A stretch of 64,000 nucleotides of DNA from Acholeplasmataceae bacterium (GTDB taxonomy: Bacteria > Bacillota_I > Bacilli_A > Acholeplasmatales > Acholeplasmataceae): contig OY763415.1 in NCBI GenBank assembly GCA_963667565.1, positions 832,001 to 896,000 of the forward strand, read 5' to 3'. The notes below the pieces were generated by a model that had not been told where the DNA came from, ran no database searches, and saw nothing but the letters and a program-made list of their open reading frames with translations. This document shows, one piece after another, positions 60,812 through 64,000 of this stretch. Made by a program: the position numbers and the translations under genes. Position 1 is the first letter of the stretch. Every line of letters starts with the position of its first letter.

Positions 60812-60886
60812 GTGGGCGTCGTATAATGGTTATTACACGTGCTTGCCAAGCATGAAATGGGGGTCCGATTCCCCTCGCCCGCTCCA
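60812..60886 (+). tRNA. tRNA-Gly(GCC)
   Basis: Cloverleaf: GTGGGCG/CGCCCGC acceptor, CGTGC-TTGCCAA-GCATG anticodon arm, T discriminator, CCA. Confidence 0.92.
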
Positions 60887-61055
60887 GGTTAATTATACCA
60901 AGTTGCTTTTTATCGTTTAACGGCTAAATAAAGACGTTATAAGCGATTTTGAACAAAGCAACTTTTTGTATTTTTTAGGGTAAAATCAGTGGTTTTTCAT
61001 TGATTTTACTCTTTTTTTATACTCTGATATGGGCTGATTTACAAGTTCTCGTGAC

Positions 61056-61114
61056 CGGATTTGAACTTTTGCCCAAAATGGCCATTTTTTGAGGTCGCTA
61101 TCGGATTTGAACTT
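61056..61114. repeat. 13-bp direct repeat flanking a 14-bp palindrome
   Basis: CGGATTTGAACTT at 61056-61068 and 61102-61114; AAAATGGCCATTTT at 61075-61088. Confidence 0.8.
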
Positions 61115-61126
61115 AAGATAAAACCA

Positions 61127-61219
61127 ATAAAAAGACCACCTCTCGGTGGCCTTAAGGAAGGGGATGTGTGTGTAAATACACACATGCTATGTAAGGGATA
61201 AGTTGCGACTATGTCGCAC
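61127..61219 (-). ncRNA. Candidate ~90-nt small RNA
   Basis: Promoter TTGTAT-17 nt-(TG)TATATT at 61252-61224, two hairpins, and terminator AAGGCCACC-GAGA-GGTGGTCTT+TTT. Confidence 0.55.
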
Positions 61220-61256
61220 TTTTAATATAACACAGTTTTTTAATTGATACAATTAG

Positions 61257-62909
61257 CTAATAGCACGAAATTTTACTTGTTGTTTCAAATAGTGTTTTTC
61301 TAATCTTATAAGGAGTGATTATTTCTGGAAATGAATAAGTTGAATTAGAACTTAATGTATTAAACGGATTAAGGATAAATTCAATATCATTTCGTTCGTT
61401 AACTAGTGCCTTATCAAATAAATCTTGAAATGGGAACTCAGATAAATCCTCTATTGGTTTCTTGTACTCTTTTAGTAGAAGTTTATAATGCTTGATTTTA
61501 GATTCGATATTGTGCGAAGTTAATAGTTTATTTCGGTTTGCTGTTAATTTCATTTCAATGTCGGTTTTTTGTGTTTTTAATCGATTCAAAACTATAGTTT
61601 CAAAGTCCCCTTCCAATAAGGCTAACGATTTAATTTGATGATGTATTTCATCGAGTTTATCTTCCAATGTATTAATTTCAATGTTGAGTTTCCGTATTTC
61701 TGGATGTGAAGTTAAAACCTCATTTAACTTATTTAGGAACTCGTATTTATTTTTGATGATATAGTTAATTTGAGAAAGTAGCTGCTCATCAAATGTCTCA
61801 ACAAATAAGGAATCATTTCCACATGTTTTCTTTTCTCGATTTGATGAACAAATCAATATCTCTGTGGCCCATTTTTCTCTTTTGTTATTTACCTTGTAAT
61901 GATAGTTCTTTCCACAAACGGAACATTCAACAAAACCACTATAAATGGATCTATTCTTTGCTCTCCTTTTCAATTCGAGTATGTCTGTTGTGTGGTTGTA
62001 TTTCATCATCCTTTGCGCTTTTATGGATTGTACTTTATCCCATAATGCTTTAGTAATAATTTTAGGATGAGAGTTTTCAACATAATATTTAGGATGTGTT
62101 TGTTGATTCTTTTCTCCAGTTTTATCGCCAACCCTACGACGTATTGATTTTTGCAATAATGCATTTCCAGTATACTTTTCGTTATTTAGTATTCCTCGAA
62201 TCGTACCTGAACTGTAAGGTAGATTATAATGCTTTGTTATGTGTCCTTCTTTATTTAACTCTTCAGCAATATAGCCTTGAGAATATCCTTTCGAGTATAA
62301 GCTGAACACTTTTCGTACAATCTTAGCCTCATCTTCATCAACAGCGATGTTTCCATGTTGATCTCTTTTGTAGCCTAATACTTTAGATGTTACCATTGGA
62401 ACAATACCATCTTCAAATCTTTTCTTTACACCCCATTTAGTGTTTTCACTATTTATCTTTGATTCCTCTTCGGCTACACTAGCGTAAATTGTAATGGTTA
62501 GTTCTACCTTTGGATCGAAAGAAGAGATATTCTCTTTTTCAAACCAAACTTCAATATTGTGTCTTTTTAACTCTTGAATGATATTTAGACAATCAATTGT
62601 GTTTCTTGCAAAGCGAGATATTGATTTTGTGATGATTAAATCAATGCCACCAGCTATAGCAAGTTCTATCATTTGGTTGAACTGTTCTCTATACTTTGTA
62701 TCTGTTCCACTCTTTCCAACATCTGAATACACACCTACAAAATTCCATTCAGGATTTTCCATTATCATTTTTGTGTACGTCTCAACCTGCAAATCTAGCG
62801 AAGTTTCTTGTAGTTCTTTTTTTGTTGAAATCCTAGCATAAGCACATACATTTTTCAACTTATCTTTTGATTCCAGTTTATTGAAATCAATTATCTCTAC
62901 TGCATTCAT
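61257..62909 (-). CDS. Large serine recombinase
   Basis: AYARIST catalytic Ser, KSISRFARN, recombinase domain (NEKYTG), Zn ribbon CSVC...C...C, coiled coil. Confidence 0.93.
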   Translation of the reverse strand: MNAVEIIDFNKLESKDKLKNVCAYARISTKKELQETSLDLQVETYTKMIMENPEWNFVGVYSDVGKSGTDTKYREQFNQMIELAIAGGIDLIITKSISRFARNTIDCLNIIQELKRHNIEVWFEKENISSFDPKVELTITIYASVAEEESKINSENTKWGVKKRFEDGIVPMVTSKVLGYKRDQHGNIAVDEDEAKIVRKVFSLYSKGYSQGYIAEELNKEGHITKHYNLPYSSGTIRGILNNEKYTGNALLQKSIRRRVGDKTGEKNQQTHPKYYVENSHPKIITKALWDKVQSIKAQRMMKYNHTTDILELKRRAKNRSIYSGFVECSVCGKNYHYKVNNKREKWATEILICSSNREKKTCGNDSLFVETFDEQLLSQINYIIKNKYEFLNKLNEVLTSHPEIRKLNIEINTLEDKLDEIHHQIKSLALLEGDFETIVLNRLKTQKTDIEMKLTANRNKLLTSHNIESKIKHYKLLLKEYKKPIEDLSEFPFQDLFDKALVNERNDIEFILNPFNTLSSNSTYSFPEIITPYKIRKTLFETTSKISCY

Positions 62910-64000
62910 TCTTGTTCCCTCAAATCTACAACATGATATGTAATTTCATATTTCTCGTTTGTACTTTTTACTTTGTCAGTATGAATGGAAGGCATAGCTT
63001 TATATACCTCTAATTCGTTTTTAATACTCTTTTTTGTCATAGGATTATCACTTATCAAGAGGAGTGCTTCAGAAGGACTAATTGCAATTACAAACTTGTA
63101 AGTTCCCATCAGAATGTTTTTGCTTAATCCGATATTACCATTTAAGAATTCTTTCATCTCTTGAATTCGTTCTTCATGAAGGTGGCCATTTACCAAAGAT
63201 GATTTTTTATTATTAAGTTGAGCTTTTAAGTCGATTAGCAGAGCCTTCTTTTCATTGTAAATCGATTTATAAAATTCGGTGTTATCAGCAATGGAATTCA
63301 CATTCAAATCAATGATGTCCTTTATGCTCTTTTCTGTTTTCGTGATTTGATTCTTCAAGTCAGATATTTCAGTTTCTAGTTCACTGGAGCTTAAACATGA
63401 TCTAACAATTTCTAGAGTTTCATCAATAATGGTATCCTTGGATAATTCTAGTTCTTTTATTGATTTTATAATCGCTTTTTCCAAAGTATCATTATCTATC
63501 GGTTTATTGGAACATACATGTTCTTTGTTATTCTTTCTACAAGTTAAAACCACACGTTCTGTAGCTTTACCGTAATTGTAATAACTACGGTTCATAACCG
63601 CACCACATTCCCCACAGAAGACGATTCCACTTAAAGGGTATATATTACCGTAGTTTGATTGTTTTCGCTTTCTCCCTCGCTTTTTCTTGAGTTCCTGGAC
63701 TAGTTCAAACTTCGTTCTTGATACAATAGGTTCATGGTTATTCATGATATAGTATTTTGGTGCGTGTCCATCATTCTTTACCGATTTGTGTGTTAAGTAA
63801 TCAATCGTGACTCTCTTTTGTAAGATTGCATCACCACAGTATTTTTCATTTGTTAAAATCGCACTCACTGTAGCTGGTGTCCAGAAGATTTCTCCACGAC
63901 CGTTTTCTAACTCGTTCTCAGTTAGGAATATAACGATTTCTTTTAATGATGATCCTGAAATGTACATATCGTATATGATTGTTACCGTCTTGGCTTGTTC
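62906..64000 (-). CDS. Large serine recombinase (N-terminal part outside window)
   Basis: Frame stays open to the window edge (EQAKTVTIIYDMY); NEKYCGD, HEPIV, CGECG...C...C; ATGA overlap with the next LSR. Confidence 0.88.
   Translation of the reverse strand, partial: EQAKTVTIIYDMYISGSSLKEIVIFLTENELENGRGEIFWTPATVSAILTNEKYCGDAILQKRVTIDYLTHKSVKNDGHAPKYYIMNNHEPIVSRTKFELVQELKKKRGRKRKQSNYGNIYPLSGIVFCGECGAVMNRSYYNYGKATERVVLTCRKNNKEHVCSNKPIDNDTLEKAIIKSIKELELSKDTIIDETLEIVRSCLSSSELETEISDLKNQITKTEKSIKDIIDLNVNSIADNTEFYKSIYNEKKALLIDLKAQLNNKKSSLVNGHLHEERIQEMKEFLNGNIGLSKNILMGTYKFVIAISPSEALLLISDNPMTKKSIKNELEVYKAMPSIHTDKVKSTNEKYEITYHVVDLREQE

Larger units (their letters stand above)
60887..64000. mobile_element. 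Edge of an integrative element with tandem large serine recombinases next to tRNA-Gly
   Basis: Two LSR genes pointing toward the tRNA 3' end; repeat-rich spacer; exact boundary not determinable here. Confidence 0.7.

Noticed and set aside
60986..61183. 65-aa minus-strand ORF in the track
   Set aside because: No SD; it runs through a strong terminator and repeats; better explained as non-coding
61154..61201. Plus-strand SD-like AAGGAAGGGG as the start of a type I toxin antisense to the candidate sRNA
   Set aside because: Downstream frames give only 3-11 codons with no hydrophobic peptide
2427..62841. Many short antisense or alternate-frame ORFs within long genes (e.g. 7486-7782, 30239-31302, 44871-45062, 53708-53965, 62578-62841)
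   Set aside because: Fully nested in well-supported genes, with no recognisable motifs
1..64000. CRISPR arrays, IS elements, rRNA or reverse transcriptase genes
   Set aside because: No regularly spaced repeats, transposase or RT motifs, or rRNA-like sequence seen by eye

Overview
AT-rich chromosomal window, most likely from an Acholeplasmataceae-type mollicute: RF2/prfB is present, TGA serves as stop, gene order is Firmicutes-like and no cell-wall synthesis genes are seen. The taxonomy is inferred, not searched. The left end carries a Wadjet-like jetA-jetB-jetC SMC operon; jetC is missing from the ORF track and runs off the window. The middle ~56 kb is mostly housekeeping: recX, S41 protease, secA-prfB, lemA, metK with a SAM-I riboswitch, priA-fmt, rimP-nusA-infB-rbfA, znuACB-zur, coaD, rnj, uvrC, gmk-rpoZ, rqcH, sod, hpf, an EF-G paralogue, a complete V/A-type ATPase operon, proS, cvfB, a Fic protein, csp, an ABC exporter pair and an endonuclease I. 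The right end has tRNA-Thr(GGT) and tRNA-Gly(GCC), then the edge of an integrated element with two tandem large serine recombinases. Best unannotated signals: (i) a ~90-nt candidate sRNA with its own promoter and terminator, plus a direct repeat/palindrome/direct repeat site, between the recombinases and tRNA-Gly; (ii) a 28-aa single-TM ORF inside the DUF3137-lemA operon; (iii) cre-like operators at a GTPase-degenerate EF-G paralogue and at an atypical Fic gene; (iv) a degenerate membrane HD-GYP protein. All family assignments come from motif recognition by eye; no database search was run.
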